From: Ruminococcus sp.
GTDB taxonomy: Bacteria > Bacillota > Clostridia > Oscillospirales > Acutalibacteraceae
Length of the DNA: 64,000 nucleotides
Assembly: GCA_017404665.1 (NCBI GenBank)
Contig: JAFRBX010000076.1
Coordinates: 52,540 to 116,539 of the forward strand
Direction of reading: 5' to 3'
Notes under the pieces: generated by a model
The model's input: the letters and a program-made list of their open reading frames with translations, nothing else
Told to the model about the DNA's origin: nothing
The model's database searches: none
Position numbers and translations under genes: made by a program
Shown: piece by piece, positions 48,132 through 57,212 of the stretch
Position numbering within the stretch: the stretch's first letter is position 1
Layout of the letters: each line of letters begins with the position of its first letter

Positions 48132-48773
48132 ATGTTTTATTGTTTCTTCAACTGGTTTGCGAAGGTCACCGGCTGGCTCATCCAGCTTGTATGCTTCCGC
48201 ACAAAAATATATTATGAAGACAAATCGCTTCAAAATCGCCGTATTCGAGGCAAGGCAATCTTGATCTCCAACCATACATCTGTTTTCGATTACCCTGTCA
48301 CGATATTTGTATTTTGGACACGCACACTGCGCTTTCAGATGTCGGAGCTTGTGATGAACAAGCCTGTGCTGGGCGTGCTGCTGCGGATGCTCGGCGGGAT
48401 CTTTGTCGACCGCACGACGCATGATTACGGCTATATGGCGAAGAGCGAACGAATCCTTGATAAAGGAGGCGTCGTGGGTATCTGCCCCGAGGGCAGGATA
48501 CCGCTCAAGGGCGAAGAGCGGCCGCTTCCGTTCAAGTCGGGCGCTGCATATCTGGCGCTGACTACCGACACGACCATCATCCCGATGTTTACGAACGGAT
48601 CGTATTTCAATTTGAAAAAACGAGCCCGCGTGATGATCGGAATGCCGATCATTCCTTCACAGGTCGCCGATCCCTCTCTTTCCGATAAAGAGAATATCGA
48701 AAAGCTCAACCGCGTCATGCGGGAAAAAATCATTTCCTTAGGACAAATGCTGCATGAAAGAACCAAAGAATAA
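48132..48773 (+). CDS. PlsC-like lysophospholipid acyltransferase 1
   Basis: NHTSVFD (HxxxxD), GGIFVDR, PEGR, FKSG. Confidence 0.88.
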   Translation: MFYCFFNWFAKVTGWLIQLVCFRTKIYYEDKSLQNRRIRGKAILISNHTSVFDYPVTIFVFWTRTLRFQMSELVMNKPVLGVLLRMLGGIFVDRTTHDYGYMAKSERILDKGGVVGICPEGRIPLKGEERPLPFKSGAAYLALTTDTTIIPMFTNGSYFNLKKRARVMIGMPIIPSQVADPSLSDKENIEKLNRVMREKIISLGQMLHERTKE

Positions 48774-49413
48774 GGCGAAGCTGTTTTCCCTGAAATATCT
48801 GTTTGTCGATTTTGTCAGGATAACAGGCGCGCTGCCGACGTACATCTGGTACCGTCCCCAAATAGTGTATGAGAACAGAGCCGCTCGGCAAAGGATTCGC
48901 GGCGGCGCATTACTGATTTCCAATCACAACTGTTTTTTTGACCCGATCTATATCATGATCGCCCTGTGGTACCGACGTCATCATATCGTCTGCAATCAGG
49001 AGTTTTACAATACCAAGGCGCGCTGGTTTTTAGAGCACGTATTATGTATCCCGATCGATATCGACAACATCGGTTTCAATACGATGAAAGAGATCAACGA
49101 CCATTTGACTGCCGGCGAGCTGGTGTCGATGTTTCCCGAGGGTCACGTCAACGACGGCTCCGGCGAAATGCGCAGCTTTAAAAGCGGCATGGTGCTGATG
49201 GCGATGCGCGCAAAGGTGCCGATCGTTCCGATTTATGTCAAGGAACATAAACCCCGCAGCAGCCGCTTGAAGGTTGTTGTCGGCGAAGCGATCGACGTCA
49301 ATCAACTGTTCGGTTCCCGTCCGACGATGACGGATATCGAAAATGTCACAGAAAAGCTATTTCAAAAAGAAAATGAACTCAAGGAGATCGCCTTCGGGCG
49401 ACGCTCCCGATGA
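48754..49413 (+). CDS. PlsC-like lysophospholipid acyltransferase 2
   Basis: NHNCFFD, FPEGH, FKSG, PIVPIY. Confidence 0.88.
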   Translation: MKEPKNKAKLFSLKYLFVDFVRITGALPTYIWYRPQIVYENRAARQRIRGGALLISNHNCFFDPIYIMIALWYRRHHIVCNQEFYNTKARWFLEHVLCIPIDIDNIGFNTMKEINDHLTAGELVSMFPEGHVNDGSGEMRSFKSGMVLMAMRAKVPIVPIYVKEHKPRSSRLKVVVGEAIDVNQLFGSRPTMTDIENVTEKLFQKENELKEIAFGRRSR

Positions 49414-49430
49414 CACGGAGGATGAATGCA

Positions 49431-50942
49431 ATGATGACAACCAAAGAAGTTTTCAGACCCTATACCGATCCCGAACAGTTTGACCGCATCGTGGAGATGG
49501 ACAGCGTTTCCGAGATGTGGCGTCATTCGGTGCAGAATTATCCCGAAGCGGTCGCAATATCGGATAACGGGAAGGATCATACATATGCCGCAATCGACGC
49601 TGACGTCAGCCGATTTCGCTCGCTGATACGCTGTGACGGTGAAAAGCCGCGCATAGGCGTCTACTGCCCGAATTCCTATGATTTTGTCCGCGCTTATCTG
49701 GCGGTCGTCACCCTCGGCTGTACCGCGGTGATCCTTCCGCCTCAACTCGACAAAATGACGGTTTTCGGCTGTGTGATGAAGTTCGGTATCAGCAAGCTGA
49801 TCTGCCATCCTTCTTTAGTAGAAAATACAGAGATTTTGGCGGCAAAGCGCCCCGACGTCCCGATTGTTTTGTCCGATGCCGTGTGTGATGAAATCACAGA
49901 TGCCGTGTATCCCGCAGCCGACGATCCCTGCGTGATCATGTTTACGGGCGGTACTACCGGCAAGAGCAAGGGAGCGCTGCTTTCTAACGGCGCTGTGATG
50001 CAGGGCACCGTCAACGGCTGCTACGGTTATCGGGATGTATTCTCTCAGCGCTATCTGCTGATCCTGCCGCTGACGCATGTGTTCGGTCTGATCCGCAATC
50101 TGATGACCTCTCTGTATACCGGCTCTGCTTTGTATATCTGCCGCAACAATAAAGATATGTTCCGCGATATCGCTGTGTTCCGTCCGACGATTCTGGTAGC
50201 TGTTCCTGCGCTCGCGGAAATGGCGCTGAATCTCTCCAAAAAATTCGGCAAAAACATGCTCGGCGATTCGCTGAAAGCCATTATTTGCGGCGCTGCGGCG
50301 GTGCCGCCGTATCTGATCCATGAGTATAAAAAGGTATTCGGTATCACGCTTTTTCCCGGCTACGGTCTGACCGAAAGCGCCAATCTGGTTTCCGGAAATC
50401 CCGAAAATGACAAAAAGCCCGAGTCTGTCGGACTGCTATATCCGAATCAGGAGGTTAAGGTTGTTGACGGCGAGCTCCGCATCAAGGGCAAGAACATGAT
50501 GATCTGTTATATCGGTGAGGAAGAAGATGGCGTCTATGATGAAGATGGCTACTTCCGCACCGGCGATCTGGTTCGCTTTGACGAGGACGGTTTCCTTTAT
50601 ATCACCGGCAGGATCAAGGAGATCATCGTTCTGCCTACCGGCGAGAACATCTCTCCCGCTGAGCTGGAGGTCCGCTTTCTGGCGCTCGATCTCATTCAGG
50701 ACGCGCAGGTCTATGAGGATGTTTCCGAGGACGGCAGTCATTTTCTGGCGCTGGAGGTCGTTCCGCGCGCACCCGAGGTCGCGAAGCTCGGTGATGCGGA
50801 TGCGGCAGCTGTGATCACCGGAGAACTGGAAAAGATCAATGATACCCTGCCCACCGAACAGCGGGTGTCGCGCATCATCGTTCGTGATTCCGACTTTGAG
50901 CGCACGCCCAGTATGAAGATCAAGAGGTATAAAAAATGCTGA
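49431..50942 (+). CDS. Long-chain acyl-CoA/ACP ligase (AMP-binding)
   Basis: FTGGTTGKSKG, LPLTHVFG, GYGLTE, YFRTGDL, GRIKE. Confidence 0.9.
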   Translation: MMTTKEVFRPYTDPEQFDRIVEMDSVSEMWRHSVQNYPEAVAISDNGKDHTYAAIDADVSRFRSLIRCDGEKPRIGVYCPNSYDFVRAYLAVVTLGCTAVILPPQLDKMTVFGCVMKFGISKLICHPSLVENTEILAAKRPDVPIVLSDAVCDEITDAVYPAADDPCVIMFTGGTTGKSKGALLSNGAVMQGTVNGCYGYRDVFSQRYLLILPLTHVFGLIRNLMTSLYTGSALYICRNNKDMFRDIAVFRPTILVAVPALAEMALNLSKKFGKNMLGDSLKAIICGAAAVPPYLIHEYKKVFGITLFPGYGLTESANLVSGNPENDKKPESVGLLYPNQEVKVVDGELRIKGKNMMICYIGEEEDGVYDEDGYFRTGDLVRFDEDGFLYITGRIKEIIVLPTGENISPAELEVRFLALDLIQDAQVYEDVSEDGSHFLALEVVPRAPEVAKLGDADAAAVITGELEKINDTLPTEQRVSRIIVRDSDFERTPSMKIKRYKKC

Positions 50943-51190
50943 CGAGAACTGAGATTTTTGAAAAGCTGAAAGAGATTCTGCTTTTTGCCGATCCGAAAAA
51001 CCGTGAAATGATCGAAAAAAGCGATGAGAACACCAAGCTCGTTGCCGATCTCGGCTTTACGTCTGTTTCTGTACTGTATATGGTCATCGCGATCGAAGAG
51101 AGCTTCGGCTTTGTTTTCGGCGACGTTTCGATGAACGACTTTCCGACGATCGGCGCCGTCATCGATTACATCGAGGCGCAGCTCAAATGA
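50936..51190 (+). CDS. Stand-alone acyl carrier protein
   Basis: Small acidic protein, LVADLGFTSV carrier-Ser motif, IEESFG, TIGAVIDYI. Confidence 0.8.
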   Translation: MLTRTEIFEKLKEILLFADPKNREMIEKSDENTKLVADLGFTSVSVLYMVIAIEESFGFVFGDVSMNDFPTIGAVIDYIEAQLK

Positions 51191-51606
51191 AATGGATATA
51201 TGAGCCCTGCCGCTTCGGCGATATCATTCGCGTAAAGATCGGTTCCGTATACCATTACGGGATCTTTGTCAGCGAGGATGAGGTCATCGCGTTCGGACTC
51301 CCTCCTACAGCGGAAAACCTGAAAGAACCGCAGAAGATTAAAGTGCTTGCCACGAATATCGATACATTTTCCTGCGGTAATCTCGTTGCGGCAGCTCAAT
51401 TGAGCTTTGCGGAAAAGCGCCGGCGCAAAAGCCCCGAGAAGACAGTTGCCGAAGCCAGAGCGCGTATCGGCGAGGTCGGCTATAACATCATCCACAATAA
51501 CTGCGAGCACTTTGTGAACGAGATCGTTTTCGGTGAAAAGGTCTCGCAGCAGGAAAGAGCTGTCCGGGAAAAGTGGCAGCGCTTCCATTCGAACAAATCA
51601 CCGTAA
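51187..51606 (+). CDS. LRAT-family (permuted NlpC/P60) acyltransferase/phospholipase
   Basis: HYGIF and YNIIHNNCEHF, the hallmark LRAT motifs. Confidence 0.85.
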   Translation: MKWIYEPCRFGDIIRVKIGSVYHYGIFVSEDEVIAFGLPPTAENLKEPQKIKVLATNIDTFSCGNLVAAAQLSFAEKRRRKSPEKTVAEARARIGEVGYNIIHNNCEHFVNEIVFGEKVSQQERAVREKWQRFHSNKSP

Positions 51607-51630
51607 AGAAGATGTGTTTTATTTCAAATA

Positions 51631-51692
51631 GCCATTGCGAAGCTCCTTGAACACGTGTGGAAAACGCGTTTTCGGGGCTGAGGCAATCTCAA
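51631..51692 (+). repeat. REP family A copy
   Basis: GCCATTGCGAAGC...GAAAACGCGTTTTCGGGGCTGAGGCAATCTCAA. Confidence 0.75.
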
Positions 51693-51725
51693 AAGATCTA
51701 TGGGTGTTTTACCTTTCGATTCAAC

Positions 51726-52664
51726 ATGCTCTACCTTATTATCCTGCTTCTGATTATTCTGTTTCTTATCATTTTCCTGATCGCGCCGGCAGTAGTTATC
51801 TACCGGTCTGTTTTCGGTCGCCGCAAAGTATTGCCGCTGGATGATCCGAAGCTGTATAAGCCGGCAATCGAACCGTTCAGGGAACGTATGCTTTCGGATT
51901 GGAATGATCTGAAAGAAAAGGGCTTTGACCGTGTGACTGTAAAAGCTCGTGACGACGTGACGCTATGCGCTGATTATTATGACAGAGGCGTCAAAAGGAC
52001 GGTGATCATGTCTCACGGCTATAACGCTGACCCATACGTTAATTTGGTATCGCCCGCAAAGTGGTTTTACGATAACGGCTTTAATGTTCTCATCATCTAC
52101 CACCGCGCTCACGGCTGCAGCGGGGGAAAACGCAGCGGTATGGGAATGATCGAAAAGAACGATATCCTGACGTGGATCGATTTCATTCTGAAAAAGGACG
52201 GTTCACAGAGGATCCTTCTGTACGGGATCTCGATGGGCGGCACGACGCTGGCTTATCTCAGCGATACGCTGAGAGAGGAGCGTATCCCCTGCATGGTGAT
52301 CGACTGCGGCTTTATTTCGACCGAAAATCAGCTCCGGCATGACGCGAAACGGATGCGTATGCCGCCGCTTCTGATCCCTTTCCTCAGGCTGCTGTGCCGA
52401 TGGGATCAGCATATCGATATCCGTGAGCGTACCACGGATCATCTGAAAAACGCAAAAAAACCGATACTGTTTATCCACGGTACTGCCGATCTGACCGTGC
52501 CGTTTGAAGAGGGCATAGCGAATTATGACGCCTGTTCATCCGAAAAACGGATGGTCATCGTTGAAGGCGCAGGTCATACGACAGCGTTTTTGACCGATGA
52601 AAAGCAGGTTGCCGACGCTATGAAGGATTATATTGATACTTATTTTAAGGAGATATTCACATGA
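51726..52664 (+). CDS. Alpha/beta hydrolase with N-terminal membrane anchor
   Basis: SHGY, HRAHG, GISMGG, IHGTAD, GAGH. The ORF-track start at 51657 lies inside the REP, so 51726 is preferred. Confidence 0.88.
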   Translation: MLYLIILLLIILFLIIFLIAPAVVIYRSVFGRRKVLPLDDPKLYKPAIEPFRERMLSDWNDLKEKGFDRVTVKARDDVTLCADYYDRGVKRTVIMSHGYNADPYVNLVSPAKWFYDNGFNVLIIYHRAHGCSGGKRSGMGMIEKNDILTWIDFILKKDGSQRILLYGISMGGTTLAYLSDTLREERIPCMVIDCGFISTENQLRHDAKRMRMPPLLIPFLRLLCRWDQHIDIRERTTDHLKNAKKPILFIHGTADLTVPFEEGIANYDACSSEKRMVIVEGAGHTTAFLTDEKQVADAMKDYIDTYFKEIFT

Positions 52665-53596
52665 ACGATTTTATTTTGATGGCTGACGCGGGCTGTGACT
52701 TATCCGCGAAATTGCAGGAACAGTATGACATCAAGGTGATCAACGGTCATCTGGTGCTGCCCGGCAAGGGCGACGTTCCTTCCTTTATGAAGTGGGAGGA
52801 TGTTACCAGAGAACAGTTCTACACCGAGCTCAAAAAGAATCCTTCCGATTACGCTACCGCGCCTGCAAACCTGACAGAGTATGAAAACGCATTTACTTCT
52901 TTTGTCAAAGAGGGCAAGGCTGTCATCTGTGTGACAATTTCCAGCGCGATCTCCGGTTCTCTTGATTTTGCGACTGCCGCTCGCAAGAATGTATTGCAGA
53001 ATTATCCCGACGCTAAGATCGAGCTGATCGATTCTCTGCGCTTCGGTCCCGGCTTCGGACTGATGCTGGTGCACGCCTCCATCCTCCGCTCCGAGGGCAA
53101 AACCTTTGAAGAGGTTTCGGATTATCTGGTCAAGAACCGCAACCGTTTCCATCAGGCGGGCTGGCTGGACGATCTCAGCTTTGTCGCCAAAAAGGGCAGG
53201 ATCACCCATCCGAAGGCGTTCTTCGGCACGCTTGCGGGCATCAAGCCCATCGGCGAATTCGACTCAGGAGGTCTGACCACCGTGCTCGGCAAGGCTAAGG
53301 GCGCCAAGGCTGCCTACGCTGTTTTGATGAAGTATATCGAAGCGACCATCGAGGATCCCGAGGATCAGTATATCTTTATCGCTCAGACCAACCGCTATCC
53401 GCAGGCTGAGGTCTACAAGAAGATGATCGAAGAGAAATTCAAGCCCAAAGCGGTATTCATTAACGATGTATTCCCGTTCTGCGGCATCAACATCGGTCCC
53501 GGACTGATGGCGGCATACTATATGGGCAAGCCGATCTCGGATGATCTGAGCACCGAGCGCGCTCTGATCGAAAAATTCATCGCAGAGGCAAAATAA
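52661..53596 (+). CDS. DegV family fatty-acid-binding protein (FakB-like)
   Basis: ADAGCD, TAPAN, ISSAISGS, GRI, GIKP, NIGPG. Confidence 0.85.
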   Translation: MNDFILMADAGCDLSAKLQEQYDIKVINGHLVLPGKGDVPSFMKWEDVTREQFYTELKKNPSDYATAPANLTEYENAFTSFVKEGKAVICVTISSAISGSLDFATAARKNVLQNYPDAKIELIDSLRFGPGFGLMLVHASILRSEGKTFEEVSDYLVKNRNRFHQAGWLDDLSFVAKKGRITHPKAFFGTLAGIKPIGEFDSGGLTTVLGKAKGAKAAYAVLMKYIEATIEDPEDQYIFIAQTNRYPQAEVYKKMIEEKFKPKAVFINDVFPFCGINIGPGLMAAYYMGKPISDDLSTERALIEKFIAEAK

Positions 53597-53598
53597 TA

Positions 53599-55242
53599 AT
53601 GTCTACCAAAAGAATCAACGGAATCCATCTTGAAAAGATGATCAAAAACGGGCTTGCTTTTCTTCAGCAGCACGAAGAAGAGGTCAACCGACTGAATGTC
53701 TTTCCCGTACCCGACGGCGATACCGGCACCAACATGGTGCTGACGCTCGGCAACGGCGTGCGCTTCGCAAAATCCGGCGAGGACGCCGGCGCGTATCTGC
53801 GCAGTCTTTCCGACGGCATGCTGCTGGGCGCCCGCGGCAATTCCGGCGTTATCCTGTCTCAATTTTTTCGCGGCTTTGCGGTGGAAATGGCGCGCTGTCC
53901 CGTAATCGGACCGGGAGAACTGCGAAACGGTCTGATCCGCGGTTATCGCACGGCTTATGAAGCGGTTGTACATCCTGTGGAAGGTACGATCCTCTCCGTT
54001 ACCCGCGAGGGCATCGAGCATATCCGTTCCCAGATTACCCGTAACTCGTCCATCGAGAGCATCCTTTCCATGTATATCGCCGAAATGCGCAAGACTTTGT
54101 CCTTTACGCCCGAAATGCTCAGCGTGCTGAAGGAAGCTGGTGTTGTCGACAGCGGAGCCTACGGTATTATTCTGATCTTTGAGGGTATGCTCAAGTGCTT
54201 GTACGGTGAAGTGATTGATCCGGTCGAGCGCCCCCAAGCGCCTTCCGAAACGCCGCTGATCGATTTGTCGCTTTTTAATGAAAATTCCGAGTTTTCCGAC
54301 GGTTACTGTACTGAATTCATCCTGCAGCGTCTTGTCAATTCTCGCTATCAGCAGGAGTTCAATAGGGATAATTTTATTTCCGAGCTGCGCTTTTTCGGCA
54401 ATTCGATCGCTGTTGTGGTTGACGGTATGCGCGTCAAGGTACATATCCATACGCTTTATCCGTCCAAGGTGATCGCGTTCGCGCAGCAGTACGGCGAATT
54501 CCTGACCTTCAAGATGGAAAACATGCAGGTGCAGCACAACGAGCACGACCGCATCATCGGAACGAAAAAAGCACATAAACCGCTGGCAGTGATCGCTGTT
54601 GTCAACGGCGAGGGCATGCGCTCGCTGTTTGAAAGCTTCGGATGTGATATCGTGATCGACGGCGGCACTACGATGAACACCTCCTCTGCGGAGTTTTTGG
54701 AGGCATTCGATCATGTCGACGCCGACGCGGTCGTTATCCTCCCGAATAATCCCAATATCATTTTGGCGGCGAATCAGGCAGTCCAGCTCTCCAAGCGCCG
54801 CGATATTACGGTTATCGAGTCCAGGAGCGTCGCGCAGGGATACTTTGCGATGGCGATGGATATTCCGGACAGCGGCGACGTCAAATACCGCATCTCACAG
54901 ATGCAGAGCGGCATCGAGAATATCGCGACAGTCAGCCAGACGGTCGCGTCACGCGGCTACAGCTATCATGAGATCAGCTGCCGCAAGGGCGACGAGATCG
55001 CCCTGCTCGACGGAGAGATCGTCAGTGTCGGTTCCGACTATGCAAAAACGATCGCTGATACACTCTCCGCGATACCGGATATCGACGATAAGGAAACCTG
55101 CGTCGTTTTCCGGGGAGCGAATGTTCCTGCAGAAAGGGAAGAGGAGCTTTACGAGCTTTTGTCAGCACGTTATCCGTTGATGGATTTCGAGTTTATCAAC
55201 GGCGGTCAGGAGATTTACCACTGGATCATCGGTATCGCCTGA
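53599..55242 (+). CDS. fakA: DAK2-domain fatty-acid kinase (FakA/YloV-like)
   Basis: NRLNVFPVPDGDTGTNM, GARGNSG, VEGTIL, VDSGA, YCTEF, KVHIH, GGTTMN, GGQEIY. Confidence 0.88.
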   Translation: MSTKRINGIHLEKMIKNGLAFLQQHEEEVNRLNVFPVPDGDTGTNMVLTLGNGVRFAKSGEDAGAYLRSLSDGMLLGARGNSGVILSQFFRGFAVEMARCPVIGPGELRNGLIRGYRTAYEAVVHPVEGTILSVTREGIEHIRSQITRNSSIESILSMYIAEMRKTLSFTPEMLSVLKEAGVVDSGAYGIILIFEGMLKCLYGEVIDPVERPQAPSETPLIDLSLFNENSEFSDGYCTEFILQRLVNSRYQQEFNRDNFISELRFFGNSIAVVVDGMRVKVHIHTLYPSKVIAFAQQYGEFLTFKMENMQVQHNEHDRIIGTKKAHKPLAVIAVVNGEGMRSLFESFGCDIVIDGGTTMNTSSAEFLEAFDHVDADAVVILPNNPNIILAANQAVQLSKRRDITVIESRSVAQGYFAMAMDIPDSGDVKYRISQMQSGIENIATVSQTVASRGYSYHEISCRKGDEIALLDGEIVSVGSDYAKTIADTLSAIPDIDDKETCVVFRGANVPAEREEELYELLSARYPLMDFEFINGGQEIYHWIIGIA

Positions 55243-55262
55243 TGGAATATGTTATTTAAATA

Positions 55263-55325
55263 GTCATTGCGAAGCCCCTTGAACACGCGTGGAAAACCCG
55301 TTTTCAGGGTTGCGGCAATCTCAAC
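55263..55325 (+). repeat. REP family A copy
   Basis: GTCATTGCGAAGCCCC...GGGTTGCGGCAATCTCAAC. Confidence 0.8.
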
Positions 55326-55375
55326 CGATTCAATCAGGTTGAATCCTCGCCCGCAATGTACTGTAAGGAGTTTCT

Positions 55376-56311
55376 ATGCCTTTTTGGATCTGGATCATTA
55401 TCATCGCCGTCATCGTGTTCGGCATATTGCCGCTGCCTGTTCTCGGGTTTTATCTTTATTCCGTTCTTCTGGTGCGGACCTCTCCCAAGAAATGGGGCAG
55501 GGAGTGCAGTATCCCCGATGATGAGGAATACAAGCGAATGTTCGATATCGGTATCGAATGGGAGAAGAAATATTCTTCTCATAAACAGCCTGTCGAGATC
55601 GTCAGCGACGGTTTTCGTCTGGTCGGCGAATTTTTTGATTTCGGCTCCGATACCTCAGTGATCATCATCGCCGGCCGCATGGAGTCCCTGCTCTATTCCT
55701 ATTATTTTGCCGAGCCTTACCGCCGTCTCGGATACAATATCCTTGTCATCGATAACCGTGCTCACGGTTTGTCCGAGGGAAAGTTCCTGTCGCTGGGCTT
55801 CAAGGAATATCGCGATATCCTTCGGTGGGGCGAGCTGCTGCACGACAGCTTTCATCAGAAAAGCATTGTGATCCACGGTATCTGCATCGGTTCCAGCGTC
55901 GGCTTGTTCGCGCTCTGCGCGCCGGAGTGTCCCGATTATTTCAGGGCGATCGTCGCCGAGGGTATGTACACCTGTTTTAAGGATTCTTTTGTCAATCACC
56001 TGATCGACGGACACCATTCCGTTCAGCCCGCGACCTTTTTTGTCATGCTCTATCTTCGCATATTCGCCGGAGCGGATGCGTCTGACGGCCCCGTCAACCG
56101 GATCGATCAGCTCAAAAAACCGATCCTTTTTATTCACAGCAAAGAGGATGTATTTTCACTGCCGAGCGAGGTACAGCAGGTTTATGACCGCTGTCGGAGC
56201 GAAAAAAAGCTGGTTTGGTTCGATAAGGGCGCTCATTCCCGCGTAAGGATCAATGCTCCCGAAAGATATGACGAAACTGTAATTGACTTTTTATCCCGTT
56301 TAGTTGTATAA
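55376..56311 (+). CDS. Alpha/beta hydrolase-fold protein with Cys at the nucleophile elbow
   Basis: DNRAHG, GICIGS, IHSKED, KGAH; N-terminal TM. Confidence 0.82.
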   Translation: MPFWIWIIIIAVIVFGILPLPVLGFYLYSVLLVRTSPKKWGRECSIPDDEEYKRMFDIGIEWEKKYSSHKQPVEIVSDGFRLVGEFFDFGSDTSVIIIAGRMESLLYSYYFAEPYRRLGYNILVIDNRAHGLSEGKFLSLGFKEYRDILRWGELLHDSFHQKSIVIHGICIGSSVGLFALCAPECPDYFRAIVAEGMYTCFKDSFVNHLIDGHHSVQPATFFVMLYLRIFAGADASDGPVNRIDQLKKPILFIHSKEDVFSLPSEVQQVYDRCRSEKKLVWFDKGAHSRVRINAPERYDETVIDFLSRLVV

Positions 56312-56403
56312 TATACACAGAGTATCCGCATCTATCTGAATGAGCGGGTATTTGAATACTTCCGGTTTTCCGGTCAATATCACTTTACAGGAGGATATTA
56401 CAT

Positions 56404-57000
56404 ATGATTTGTAAACAATGTGGCAACGAAGTTCCCAATGATGCAAAGTTCTGCGGTGTTTGCGGCACACCCAACGAAGCATACGGCATGCCCGCGGAGC
56501 AGCCCGTGTACGCTCAGCCTGCAGACAACCAGTATGCTCAGCCTGCTGATAATCAGTATGCTCAGCCCGCTTACGGCCAGCCGCAGTATGCGCAGCCTGC
56601 CGAGCCCCAGTACAACCAGCCTCAGTATGGTCAGCAGTACGGTCAGCCGCAATACGGTCAGCCTGCATACAGCGCTCCCGCGGCTGAGGATCCCACAGAG
56701 CGCAGTCTTGCCAAATCCACGCTGATTTTCGGTATTCTCGGCATTGCGTTTCCCTGCACCTTCTACCTTGCATTCTTAGGTATTATTTTCGGCATTATCG
56801 CTATGAGTAAAGCGAAGAAGTATGTTGCATCCGGCTATGTTCTGACAGGTAAAGCCAAGGTAGGCAAAATCCTCGGTACCGTCGGCATGATTCTCGGCAT
56901 TGTTTTGACAGTCATCCTGGTCTTTATTATTATCGCTGCAATTGTTGCCGCTACCACTTCCAGTAATTACTACAGCAGTTACGGCGGCTATTATTATTGA
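56404..57000 (+). CDS. Zinc-ribbon + Q/P/Y-rich linker + DUF4190-like membrane protein
   Basis: CKQCG...FCGVCG, YAQPADNQ and QPQY repeats, two TM helices. Confidence 0.75.
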   Translation: MICKQCGNEVPNDAKFCGVCGTPNEAYGMPAEQPVYAQPADNQYAQPADNQYAQPAYGQPQYAQPAEPQYNQPQYGQQYGQPQYGQPAYSAPAAEDPTERSLAKSTLIFGILGIAFPCTFYLAFLGIIFGIIAMSKAKKYVASGYVLTGKAKVGKILGTVGMILGIVLTVILVFIIIAAIVAATTSSNYYSSYGGYYY

Positions 57001-57023
57001 TCTGTCATCAACGCAACACCATT

Positions 57024-57049
57024 CGGAGCTGTCCTCTGCGGCAGCTCCG
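57024..57049 (+). terminator. Terminator hairpin
   Basis: CGGAGCTG...CAGCTCCG-TTTCT. Confidence 0.6.
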
Positions 57050-57058
57050 TTTCTGTAA

Positions 57059-57110
57059 GGCTCCCTTTGGTAAAGGGAGCTGTCACGGCATCAAGCCGTG
57101 ACTGAGGGAT
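57059..57110 (+). repeat. REP family B copy
   Basis: GGCTCCCTTTGGTAAAGGGAGCTG-TCACGGC ATCAA GCCGTGA-CTGAGGG; first 24 nt identical to the copy at 15779. Confidence 0.8.
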
Positions 57111-57212
57111 GGCATTATTTGTTTGACCGCAGGCAGTTCGAAGCCTGTATACTTTTGTTTCAACGTATAATCTCAACAAATCGACTTATCATAACAAAGG
57201 AGGCGCCTACAT

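Noticed and set aside
11437-55325. Recurring palindromic repeats considered as a CRISPR array
   Set aside because: They are dispersed, not regularly spaced with unique spacers, and there are no cas genes.
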